From: Azolla caroliniana
Taxonomy: Eukaryota; Plantae; Polypodiophyta
Reading direction: 5' to 3'
Assembly (NCBI GenBank): GCA_043228905.1
Contig: JBHGNT010000013.1
Span: 14,198,001 to 14,262,000 of the forward strand
Length of the DNA: 64,000 nt
Shown: in pieces, positions 12,830 through 24,650 of the stretch
Position numbering within the stretch: position 1 is the stretch's first letter
Layout of the letters: the number at the start of each line of letters is the position of its first letter
The notes under the pieces: generated by a model
The model's database searches: none
Told to the model about the DNA's origin: nothing
Seen by the model: the letters and a program-made list of their open reading frames with translations, nothing else
Position numbers and translations under genes: made by a program

Positions 12830-14006
12830 CTATCTTTCATCTTCATGTTGATCTATTGGAGGAGGTTCAAGCTCAAACATTTTCTTAAATACTTTTGTCC
12901 TCTTTCCAGCTACCACGTTTAGGATTAGTGTTCCATCCAATTGACTAAGCTTATAAGTAAAGTTATCATATACTTTTCTTACTATATAAGGCCCAAACCA
13001 TCTTTCAGCAAACTTGCGGACGGTGCTATGTTGATTATCTAAACTGCTACCATACATGAGCACCCAATCTCCTTCTTCTATTTTCTTAGGTTGAATTCTA
13101 TGAGTTTTATCAAAACAAATTTTATTCTTCAGTCGAGCCTCCTTCAATCGTTGGGCTGCTATTTCTATATCTTCAGGTCGATGCTCTAATTGTTGAATTC
13201 GCAAAGCAAGTAATTCTTCTATGCTCACCTCTTCTCTCCATGGAATAGATATCCATGACATAATTGATTCATCCATTGGCATGATGGGCTTTTGGCCAAG
13301 TATCAATTTAGCTGGCATGTATCCTGTTACCGAACTATGAGTTGTTCAATCCGCCCATAGTGCATAAGGTAGCATGCGTGGCCAATCTCTTATTTTACCT
13401 TTACAACTTTTCATGATTGCCTTAACTATTGGGCTATGTCCTCTTTCAATCTTTCCATTGGCTTCTGGATTATACGCAGTTGTAAGTGATAATTTGACCC
13501 CTATTCGGCTGAAGAATTCTCAAGCTTCATCAGAGTCAAGTTCTCCTCTATCTGCAATTATTTTACCAACACATCCGTAACGACATATTACATCTTCTAA
13601 CAAAATTTACATACAACTCTAGTTGTTTTTTGTCGTAGTGGTCTTCCTTCTACTTGGTTTGTAAGGTCTTCTCTTGCTAGTACTAAATATCGCATTTGAC
13701 CTTCCCCAGGTGGCATTGTCACTAGATCGACCATGTCAAGAAATACACGCTCCCGATGAACAACGCTCGGCCACAACCGAGCTTAGAATCAAACATAGAA
13801 AACCGGGAATGAATGCACAACACAATGGAGAGAAGAGTACACAGGATGTTTACGTGGAAAACCCAAACACGGGAAAAACCACGGCAGTCTACTGACTGCA
13901 AACTATCACTATATCACAATGATTACAACAGTGAGCTCACGGAGGCAACGACCTCGTGCTCACGATCTTCGCCACAGGCGGTGGTTACAACAGAGGAAAC
14001 AACCTC

Positions 14007-14046
<40 letters not shown>

Positions 14047-17000
14047 CACAGTTACGCGCTCAAATCTTGCGCCAACAAGAATGAAAACCACTATCTAAGT
14101 TTGCCCTAAGTCATATTTATACTAATATGACTTTTCTGCTATTTACAAATATAGCCCCGATGGACTCTCAGAAAGCATATTTACGAATATGTCCCTTCAT
14201 CCGGTGAGCACTTCTCACCGGGCCTTCACCATCCGGCTCTAGCTAGGTACTCCTCATCTGGTTCTCACCGGGTCTTCCGTAGCTGGGTACTCCTCATCCG
14301 GTTTCGGCCTCGGCCGAGTTTCTCATCAGCACTGTTCTTCTCACTTCCCATCCGGAGGAACCTGTTTCCTAACAATTTGACCCCTATTCAGCTGAAGAAT
14401 TCTCTAGCTTCATCATAGTCAAGTTCTCCTCTATCTGCAATTATTTTACCAACACACCCGTAACAACATATTACATCTTCTAACAAAAATTTACATACAA
14501 CTCTCGTTGTTTTTTGTCGTAGTGGTCTTCCTTCTACTTGGTTTGTAAGGTCTTCTCTTGCTAGTACTAAATATCTCATTTGACCTTCCCCAAGTGGCAT
14601 TGTCACTAGATCGACCATCCATTTATAATGCATTGATGATGAATATGTTGGTTTTAGCTCATCTCGATACCGGATAGTTGAATACCTCTGGCATACCTCA
14701 CAGGTTTCCACAAATTTCGTTAAATCTTCATACATATGTGGCCACCAATACTTCTGCTTCGTTAATTCTGGGTTCATGGTTCTAATGTATGCAATCCACC
14801 GAAGCAGTGCAATATCCGGTGTGGTGCAACTTGCTATCATTCCGATGAGTGGCAAACAATTTGTTTCAACCACTACATCTGCTCCGATCAAGTAATCTCT
14901 ATCTCTTTTTAATGCAGTAAGCAAAACCCACAATTCTCGTTTAACTTGTGCATAATTTCTTTGTCTTTCATTTAATATCTTTGCTCCAAATCTGATAGCA
15001 TATCGATGTTGGTCTTCATCTTCTTGGTTGATAACCCAACCGATCCCGATTGGGCTAGTATCAACTGTTACTATAATTGGTCTTTCACCTTTGTAGTTTG
15101 GTTGACGCAGAACTGGTGCTTTCAATAATGCTTCTTTCAGTTGTTGAACAACTTGTGTATGTTCATCAGTCCAAATAAACTTCTTCCCTTTTCTTAAAAG
15201 TTGGTAGAGAGGATCTGAGACATGTGCAAAGTGTGGTAACCAAATATGATAAAACACACATGCACCCAAAAATCTTCTCACCTCTGTTACCGAGTCACAA
15301 ACTTCCTTCATATTTTGTATTGCGTTAATTTTGATCGATGAAGGCTTCCTCCCATACCACCCACACATATGACCAACTATTAGAACTTTGTTTTGCCCAA
15401 AGCTAGATTTTGTTCCTAATAGTGTCAAATGTACCTACTCAAGCTTATTTAAAATGCTTTCACAATCATTAATGTGATTCATCACAAACTTTCTGCAACC
15501 ATTTCCAACCATAGTCTCATCTTTCTCTCTTTCTAAGCATCCCTTAATAGGAATATCATCTAAAAATGGCATAGTTACCTTTGGGATGTATTCATGTAGA
15601 ACTTTGTTCATTGCATTCATCATATGAGCAACTGAATTCGTCGCACCTTGAGGTAGAGTGCACATTCGAACCAACCCAATTGGTGTTTTCATTGTTGTGA
15701 TATTGCGACTATCAATTGCTAGTTGAAATTGGTCGTATCTTGAATATAGGTCTCCCACAGAGTAAATCGCTCTTCCAGCAAACGCTTCCGCAAATTCATC
15801 AATGATTGGTCTGATTCCCACATTTAAGATTGTGACTTTGTTGACTGGTTGTAGATCTTGAATGAATCTTAGAGAACCATCATTCTTTGGAACTGTGAAC
15901 CATCTATTGGAGTATGGTGCATTTGAAGGCTCTAAAATCTTCATCTTGACTTTATCCTTCAACAGCTCCAACAATTGAGGTAATCAAGCTCTCGGTACTG
16001 CAATATGTTTAAAATTCCAAGGAATATGAGGGATAGTAAATATTACCATTGGCGTCACCACCTTTGGATCTACACAACCAATCTCCTTAGCTTTGAATGT
16101 GAACACTATCCCATGCCTAAAGATCATTTCTTTGAAAGTTGCAATCTCTGATTGGAGAAAAAATTCACCCCCTCCGATTCTCAAGTTATTTATTGTCTCC
16201 GAAGTGAAGTGATGTCCGATCTTCTCTATTGGTCGAAGCATAGGCTCGGTTGCTGCTGCCTCCATTTTCTCTTCACTACCAATAGGTAATTGTACTGCAA
16301 ACAGGTTTGACCGTTTTATCTATTGTTTTGTATTTTGTATTACATAAACTTTCTACTTCTTCATATTTACAATTATACCTATCAATCTCATAATACATAT
16401 CAATTGAGTTTACATGTATCTTTCTAACATTCTCATCATCTTCTTTCAAGTACATTTCTAACTCTTCTAAAGTATTTGCAAAAGAAATTTCTTCCATAAC
16501 ACTTTCAATCTTCTCTTCCATTTCAAGTACTCCATTATCCTTCAATGCCTGCTGAAACAGATTAACATTCTTTTTCAAGTTCCTCTTGCATTCATACATC
16601 CTAGTCACACATATAACACCACTTTCAGAAACATGAAATGACTTATTCATATGTTGTAATGCCCTATATGAGGGTCTTTTAATAATGGGACTATTGCAAC
16701 CCTCACTCGCAACAGTCCTAGTCAAAAACCTGATTATCAAAATCATCACAGTCTTTTGGTATTGAATGATCACGAAGCTCTTGCTTGTTCCTCTCATGAT
16801 TTGGGCGAACTGTCATAAATTGTACAGTTCGTCGTCCATCTTGGCTACGGATTTTCGCATAGGTAGAACCATTGTCGAGGACTTTGGTCTCCATCCGTAC
16901 CGCTGTAATGTATGGTTGCCCCAGGATTATTGGATAGGTAGATTCTTCCTGCACAAAGAAATGTTGATCTACCTCTATATCACCAATAATAACCTTTACA

Positions 17001-18889
17001 TTTGGGCATGCACCAAATAAATCTTCCGTGACTGATGTGGCAGCTTTTACTCGCCAACCATGTTGAGTATCAATTGGCCATCTACCTTTCCTGTAAAAAT
17101 CAGCACTCATTATATTTATTTCAGAACCATGATCAATAAGTGCCATCACGGGGTCTGGAACATTTCCAATCTTCACATGATGCTCAATAGTGGCTCTTGC
17201 CCAACATTTGCGAGAGTAATGGCTTCTTACATCTGTTGAATTTATCTTTGAGGTTGATGCATGTTGAGAGTCAACAACGATATTGTTTGACTCGTTGCTC
17301 ACCACTTCATATGCCACCTTCGGATTTGTCTCTTTAACCTACTCATTTACTTGCTTCTTTCTTTGCACAATATCTATTATTTCATCATGAAATTCCTTTT
17401 TTGCAATACCTAGCACTTCTCTTAGTGTAAATTCTACTCGATTGTCTAGTATTCTCGTTTCTAAAACTTTCTTTAAATCTGTATCTTTTTCAATATTAGA
17501 CATTAATTTGAATGAAGGACCAGATTTACCTTTTTCGACCTTTGCGTCCATCTCTTTTCTTTTGCTTTCTCTTGTCTCATGCTTTTTTGTTGAGCCAATC
17601 TCATCATCCGGCCTTTTCCTTTTTTCTTCAACTATCACCTCATGCTCTTGGTGTTCTTCCATCTGAGCATAGACCGTCATAGCATCTACTGGAACATCCC
17701 ATCCAATGTTTTTACTTACAGAATCTCCGGCAACACGAAGGTCTTCCATCTTCATCTTTTGCTTTTGTGCGGTACTTACACCTTCTCCCGGAATGATGAT
17801 CGGGATGGCATGTCATCGAGGCGCATTCCTGCCGTTGCTGAGTAGTACATTGAGGAAGCCTTCTTTGCTTTAGCTTCTTCAAATTTAACCTTAACACCAC
17901 CATCACCAAAGTTCTTTGTACCGACTTCTAGTTTCAGTTAAATAAATGTTACCATTTTTCCAATACACCAAGTCTCGATTTTCCATGTCTTTATATTCCG
18001 CACAATCACGTAATCGATGTTCGAGACTATCACACCACATGCATCGAGGTCAAAATGGTTCCCTTGACCTCGAAGTCTGACCATTCTCAAGCTTTGCCAC
18101 TTTAATTGTTAGATCTTTCATACTTTGAACTAAATCATCAAGCAAAGACTCACTCTTAGTTTCGATCATTTCTTGTGGTTGATGGACCATTTCGTGTGAT
18201 GGTTCTCAACCAAGTCGTTGAACTTCGATGTTTTGCTCAAGCCGATTTGTGATTCCCACATGTGGTATTTGTAGCATTGCACCATTCCTTTGCATTCTTT
18301 TCATAAATTTATTACAAGCATTTGTTATCTCATTCCAATCTGCAGTTATACCATCCTCCGTATTTGGTACTTCAAGCATGAATTCCAATTCTTTTCTATA
18401 TCTCTTGTCAACTGCCTGCAAAAATAAAGCAACCTTTTGCCAAGACAAAGAATTTCTTTCCTCTGGCTTTAAGTGTCCATACAATCTATCAAACTCTTTT
18501 TTCGTGTCAGCCACAGATAATCCTTTATTTTCTTTTAGGACCCATTCATGGAATGAACACATAGTAACGCGAGAGAAATCCTCACGAGCATATTCAGACA
18601 CAAGTGCTTCTTTGAATGCATTCCAATCCAAACCATGCAATATTTGTATTTCACGAATTCTATCTCTTAATTCCATTTCCACTAATTTATAAAAGTTTGC
18701 TATCATATTGACATCATTCACAGCAAACATTTCCATTTCATCATAATATATATTGACATACTTTGAGATATTTGTGCCATCAAACACACCAATTTTCTCT
18801 CGGACTTCTCGTAAGGCATGAAATAATTGATCTTGATTCAATTTTTCAATAAACAACCTTACCGGATCCATTGTACTCGTACTTGTCAT
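12830..18889 (-). pseudogene. gag-PR / RT-RH-INT of element H, fragmented
   Basis: ORF pieces: gag 18206-18889; CCHC knuckle at about 18000-18045; PR ALIDHGSEIN in 16718-17317; RT YSNRWF...MPFLDDIPIKG in 15435-15974; RH/INT 14388-15428; INT C-terminus RWFGPY in 12830-13318. Confidence 0.88.
13734..14374 (-). mobile_element. Copia-like solo LTR inside the integrase of element H
   Basis: TG...CA ends (TGTCAAG...CCTAACA), the motif TTTACGTGGAAAACCC...GGGAAAAACCACGG common in plant Copia LTRs, a (CT)n tract at about 14011-14043, and no internal domain. Confidence 0.65.
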
Positions 18890-20255
18890 GCTGATGTTGA
18901 TCTTTGCTTTAGATGTCTCTTCTACTTCCCCGTTTCACGTCGAGTTCACCAAATTGTGTCGTGGCGTGGCTTGCCTGGAAGCGTAGCGTTGCGTAGACAA
19001 AAGATATCGTGAAAGCGAGGAAGGAATCACTGGGATTATGGACGGAAGAGACGAAAGAGTAGAGATAGAGTAAATAGAGATCAACAAGATATGACAAGAT
19101 AGGATATTGAATGATATTTGAAGGAATAAAAGAGATTTATAATTATTTGATGAAAGAGTTACAAAAGTGGTTGTAAGCGTCGTTGATCCTTCGAACTTGG
19201 TCTCACAAGATAATCACTCTTCTCTTTCTTGATAGTAGGCCACAACAATCTTCACTTCAATATTTTGATGAAGATAAGGCTCAAACCGCCTCCCTCTTGT
19301 TGAGAGTTAACTACCACGATCGCCAAGCTAGAGCTCCACCTTTATGTTGAACTTCTTCCTTTCTTTCTCTATTTTATGGTATCTCTTATGTAATATATAT
19401 TTGATTGATATCTCATACCTCTCCCCCTTTGATATTCTCTTTCACCATTTAAATAGGTGCCCCCATGCATATGATGCATTGGAGGGTACAAGTCATGCAT
19501 GTAGTGCATGAAATGCATGTGATGCATGATAGGCATCTCGCTCATTTGAGCTTTCATGTATGAAAAAATATATGGCATAAGAATAAACATGAAAATAAAG
19601 TTTTAAAAATAAAGGACCTAGCCTAATGGTAGGTGTGTTGACTTTGGTATATGAGGTTGTGGGTTTGAGTCTCTCAAATATTGTTGAATACCACATGTAA
19701 CATCGTTTTTATATCATGAAGCAAATCCTTTATTTTATATATATATTTAGTATAGAGTAAATGGTAAGATTTGAAAAGTCATAGGATGGGGTTATTGGTT
19801 CAAGTCCTCTCTTGTTCGTGTAATATAATATATTTATCTATATATATGTATATATATATATTATTTTTCTTTACATATATATAATATTATGATGTGTTGT
19901 TAATATTATCTTTATATATAAAACATTATCAAATGTTATTTTAGTTACGTATTTATCTTATTTGTGACTTTTAATGTGAAGCTTTCGTACTTCACGACAT
20001 TGGGAGCACGATACGTCAGTACCACGGGAGAGGGTGTGGAGCGAGCCACCCTCTCGACTTGCGGGCAAAGATGACTCGGGATAAGGATCGGAGATACGAC
20101 GAGCCCGAGGAGGATCCTTCACACCAGTTCTAGAGACTCCGGCGGTCGGCCCAAGAGTCGGCGTGAGACCTAGAGTAAGGAACGGTGGCGGCGAGGGGAC
20201 GAAGGCAAAGGGCTACTGAAGGGGCGGTCTACGGAGATCCTCACACCGATCCGGC

Positions 20256-20741
20256 AGTCGTGAAGATTTCCGGCTATAGTGTGAAACCGGGGTGGAATGG
20301 GCAAGTCGGTGGTGTGCAACATGTGCACATTTATTGTAGGAAAACGGTGTATAGAATAAGGGGGAGTATTTATCCCACATTGTAATGTCCCTCCCTCCTT
20401 GGGCTATAAAAGGAAGGGAGGGGTCTCTTGTGAAGGGGTTGCCCATTTTGAGTCGTAAGGGATACCATTTTGTCGAGGGTCATTTTGTTTTCTAGGGTGA
20501 GTAACTTCCTGTTGTTCTTCTCCTCTTGAGAAGTTGGGCGCCGCAGCCATGGTGAGAAAGCTCTATTAGGGTTAACTTCTTCTGAGTGTAGCCTGGCTCG
20601 AAGCCGGGGTTGTATCTTCTCACTTGTAATGTATATACTCATATCTGTTTGTGCATATTGGTGTATTTGGTGGTGTCGGGAGCATAGCCCCTTGTTTCCT
20701 GTGTATAAGAGTCGGTGTCGCGCACATGCTCTCTCTCTCTT

Positions 20742-20773
<32 letters not shown>

Positions 20774-20889
20774 ATGTTCGGTTGCCTCCGGGATGTGTCC
20801 AGAGTTGGTTTTCTCGACATCCCTTCCTCCCTCGTCCGAGACCCCCGTGGTCCCGCCCCTTCTATAGGCATGCACGTAATAACACGACA
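20256..20889 (+). mobile_element. Gypsy solo LTR related to the G family
   Basis: Starts AGTCGTGAAGATTTC (T>A) and ends TAATAACACGACA. Shares CTATAAAAGGA, GGGTTGCC.ATTTTGAGT and AGACCCCCGTGGTCCCGCCC with the G LTRs. No PBS follows; right flank ACGG. Confidence 0.75.
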
Positions 20890-21013
20890 ACGGGACCGGA
20901 CCGGACGAGGAGCGTGAGCGAGGCGGAGTGACTCCAAAACGAGCCAGGTGGTAGGACCGACTGCCATGGAGACTGACACTACGATCCGACTTCAAGTTGA
21001 GATTGAGGGGGAG

Positions 21014-21424
21014 TGTTGAGTGGCAAGCTCAACCGTATCCGGATCAGCTGAATAAGCTTGAGCCGGATCGGCATCCGGAAGGATGAGCCGGATTGGTGAG
21101 CCAGTTAGTTGGATCCAGCAGTAACTGGAAGCCTAGTAGCAGCCTAGATTACTAGGTAGTTAATACCTCGTAGTTAGTGTCAAATGCTCGAGTCAGCATT
21201 GAAGTACATCGTATTTCTGTTAGTCCTCTTAGGACTTGTATAAATAGTGCTATTGAGTACGTTGTATATACAAAGAATTATTATTGTTTTGTATTAGATT
21301 TTCAACGTTATGGTCATTCTCTGTCTCTCCTGCTTACACTCTGTGTTAATTTCTATCTCTCTCTGTGTCTATTGCTATCAGGCTGAGCCAGTTTATCTGA
21401 CGCTTCCGCACCTTCGTTTTTACA
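21014..21424 (+). mobile_element. Copia-like 3' LTR preceded by a polypurine tract
   Basis: PPT GATTGAGGGGGAG at 21001-21013 directly before TGTTGAG. TATAAATA at about 21240, CGCTTCCGC motif near the end, terminates TTTACA. The tRNA array resumes immediately after. Confidence 0.75.
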
Positions 21425-23088
21425 AGGCATGGCAACACCTACGACGATGTGGTTCTTGGTAGTAACCCGGACAAAAGGAGGGTCGTAGGTTGTAGGGTTG
21501 AACGTGCGCGGGCGAACCCAACAGATTTCGAGTCTATCTCCTTAACCACTCGGCAAAGCACACCACATTTTCATCAAATCTAGTTTCGTTTGCCTTGGAC
21601 AAGGAGCCCAACGATATCTACGTTGATGTGGTTATTGATGGTAACCCTCTCAAAATGGGTTTCATTGGCTGCTAGGTTCAAACTTGTGTGGGCAAACACA
21701 TTACCTTTCATGTTAGTCACCTTAACCACTCGACCAAGCCGACTGCTTTTTCATAATCATGACAAAGGGAGACTCATCAGCAGCAGGCTTCGAACCTAAG
21801 CAGGCGAACCCAACATATTTCGAGTCCTTCGGCACAACGATACTTTCAACCACATAGGTAATGATAGTAACCCCCCGCCCCCCTCTAGGGTTTGAACTTG
21901 CCGGGCAATCGTGATCTAGCGAATCCAATAGATTTTGAGTCTTGTCTTAAGCACTCGGCCAAGGCAATCGCATGTTCATCTTAAATTTGGCACAAAGGGC
22001 ATGGCGGCACCTACGACGATGTGGTTATTGGTAGTAACCCGGACAAAAGGGGAGTCGTAGGCTGCAGGGTTGAACGTGCGTGGGTGAACCCAACAGATTT
22101 GGAGTCTGTCGCCTTAACCACTCGGCGAAGGCAACCACATTTTCATAAAATCTAGTTTCGTTTGCGTTGGACAAAGAGCACAACGACATCTACGTTGACG
22201 TGGTTGTTGACATAACCTTATCAAAATGGGTTTCATTGGCTGCTAGGTTCAAACTTGTGCAAGTGAACACATTAGATTTCATGTCTGTCACCTAAACCAC
22301 TTGACCAAGTCGATTGCTTTTTCGTAATCATGACAAAGGGAGACTCATCGGCTGCAGGCTTCGAACCTAAGTAGGCGAACCCAACATATTTTGAGTCTCT
22401 CGGCACAATGATACTTTCCACCACATAGGTAATGATAGTAACCCCCCGCCCCCCTCTAGGGTTCAAACTTGCCGGGGGGGACCCAATAGATTTGAAGGTT
22501 GTAGCGTTGAATACTCGGCCAAACCAATGACTTTTGCATTATATTAATTTCTTAACCTGGTACGAAGGGCATGTCGGCATTTATGACGACGACGTTATTG
22601 ATAGTGACCCTAACAAAACAATAGTCATCGGTAGTAGTGTTTGATCGTTAGGTAGCGAATCCAACAGATTCCAAGTCTTCTTCTTAACCTGGCATAGAGG
22701 GCATGGTGGCACCTACGATGATGTGGTCATTGGTAGTAACCGGGACAAAAGGGTAGTCGTCGGCTGTAGGGTTCGAACCTACGCGGGCGAACCCAACAGA
22801 TTTCAAGTCTGTCGCCTTAACCACTCAGCCAAACCGACTAGTTATTTGCAATCTTATTTTCTTAACTTGGAACAAAGGGGTCGTGGCAGCTATGATAACA
22901 TGGTTATTGATAGTAACACTGACAAAAGGGGAGACTTCGGTTGTAGTGTTCAATCGTGATCTAGCAAATTCTACAGATTTTGAGTCTTTGTCTTAACCAC
23001 TCGGCCAAGGCAACGACATGTTCATCTTAAACTTGGCACGGAGGGCATGGCGGCACCTACGACGATGTGGCTATTGGTAGTAACCTAG
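21425..23088 (-). repeat. Tandem array of tRNA-Ser genes/pseudogenes, segment 2
   Basis: Same unit and same ordered monomer variants as 7200-10380; about 12 units. Ends where the LTR of element A begins. Confidence 0.92.
22758..22838 (-). tRNA. tRNA-Ser(UGA), near-intact copy
   Basis: Same cloverleaf as 8657-8737, with one C>T in the D stem (GGCTGAGTGG) and variable arm GGGTTCGCCCGC. Confidence 0.7.
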
Positions 23089-24650
23089 TGTCGTGGAGAA
23101 AACCGTCCCTAGGAGGAATTAGTGGATAGAGTGCGTGAACCGGCGCTTACACACGAGCACATGTTTTGATATATTTACATACATGGTTAAGTACAGGTCG
23201 ATGATGTTATTATCCTAGGTAGCATGAATTCTTTAGGTAGGGAATTGAAGAGGATCTCTGTCCAAAAGGGCAGAGAATAACAGCGATTTAACAGTCTGTA
23301 AACGACTCTCTCTCTCCTTGTGCTATAAAAGGAGGGGGAAAGAGCTAAGTAGGGATCGCGCGTTTTTGAGAGGACGAAGTGCTATTGGACTGGGTATCGA
23401 GCTCTCTCCTCCACCATCGTTGTTGCAGGGGTTTTGGGTTAGGTTGGCTGCCTCTACTGTGTGAAAGCCCGCGTGTTTCCGGTACAGGCTCCACCACATA
23501 CCAGTGCGTGTGTTCGTCTGTGTTGAGTCTGTCACAGGCTTGCCGGTTGTAACATTGCAAGCTGTAATCTATATTGATTTTGGAATTGATTCTTTCGTGT
23601 CAGTCTCTCTATGTTTCTGCGAGTCTCTCTTCTTCTTCTCTCTCACACTCCTCGGTTCAGGGCCCTCGCGGTGTCGTGAAGATTTTCGTCCACAAGCGGA
23701 AACCCGAGCAACGAGAGCCAAAGAGCGATGTGCAACGTTGCATACGTACATAATGTATTTGTAATAATAATAAAGGTATAAAGGTGATATGGTTGTACGC
23801 ACATCCACTCGAGAGAGAGAGAGAGAGAGGTACTATGCGGTACATAGGTACCTAGTTGTTTGTGAGGAGGTGGGAGTTAAGGGGCCATCAATCTCACCCT
23901 CCCCCAAATCAAGGCAAATATCCCCTTTGAATGAAAGGGGATATTTTAGTCTCACTTTTGTAAGCGGTCTTCCCTCCTTGTGCTATAAAAGGAGAGAGAA
24001 GGCACCATTGTGGGGGTTGCCTATTTTGAGTGTCCGAGGTATACCACATAGGTCGAACGTTAGGGTTCGGTTAGGGTTTTCTTCTTGGGTTTTCCTTTAG
24101 GGTTTTTCATATAGTCGTTTGGTGCGGCCATGGCGGCCACCATTTGTTGTAATCATTCATTTCTTAATAGAACTTCTTGTTGAGTATCTTGATTGCATCT
24201 TCTTCTTCTATCATAATGTCATATATTCGTTCTCTTCTCCTCTTGAGCTATTCTTTCTCCTCCACTCCCTAGTCCAAGACCCCCGTGGTCCCGCCCTTCT
24301 ACACGCACGCGCATAATAATGCGACATCTTTGGTGAACCCGACGTGAAGGGTGGCAAGGGAGCATGGAGATGGAAGAAGACTTCGACTTCGAGGAGATGA
24401 TGGCAAAAATCGTGATGGAAGTCGGACGGAAGATGGCGAAGCGAGATGCGGCTCAATAAGCCGTCGAAAGGGTGGTCGATCGAGTCAGCTGGTTCAATGG
24501 GAATGAGGTCCCAAATTTTTGGGAGCCTACAAGGCCGAGATGGCGAAAGGGGGCGTAGATGAGGCGATGCGGCTAGAGTATTTTCCTCGAGTGGCGGCCG
24601 TATCGGTGCACAAGGAGGTCAAGGAGCTACGAGAAGCTCATTAGTCGTGG

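Larger units (their letters stand above)
11810..19999 (-). mobile_element. Ty3/Gypsy-type LTR retrotransposon H (AT-rich, full-length, decayed)
   Basis: LTRs 11810-12789 and 18957-19999 (element-sense TGTCGTGAAG...CCACGACA). tRNA-Trp PBS at 18934-18951; PPT at about 12790-12800. gag, PR, RT, RH and INT fragments present. Flanks CCGG / TTGG (decayed 4-bp TSD). Confidence 0.92.

Noticed and set aside
14011-14043. (CT)n/(GA)n and (TA)n microsatellites here and at about 19840, 20730, 23810 and 54815
   Set aside because: Ordinary components of the LTRs they sit in.
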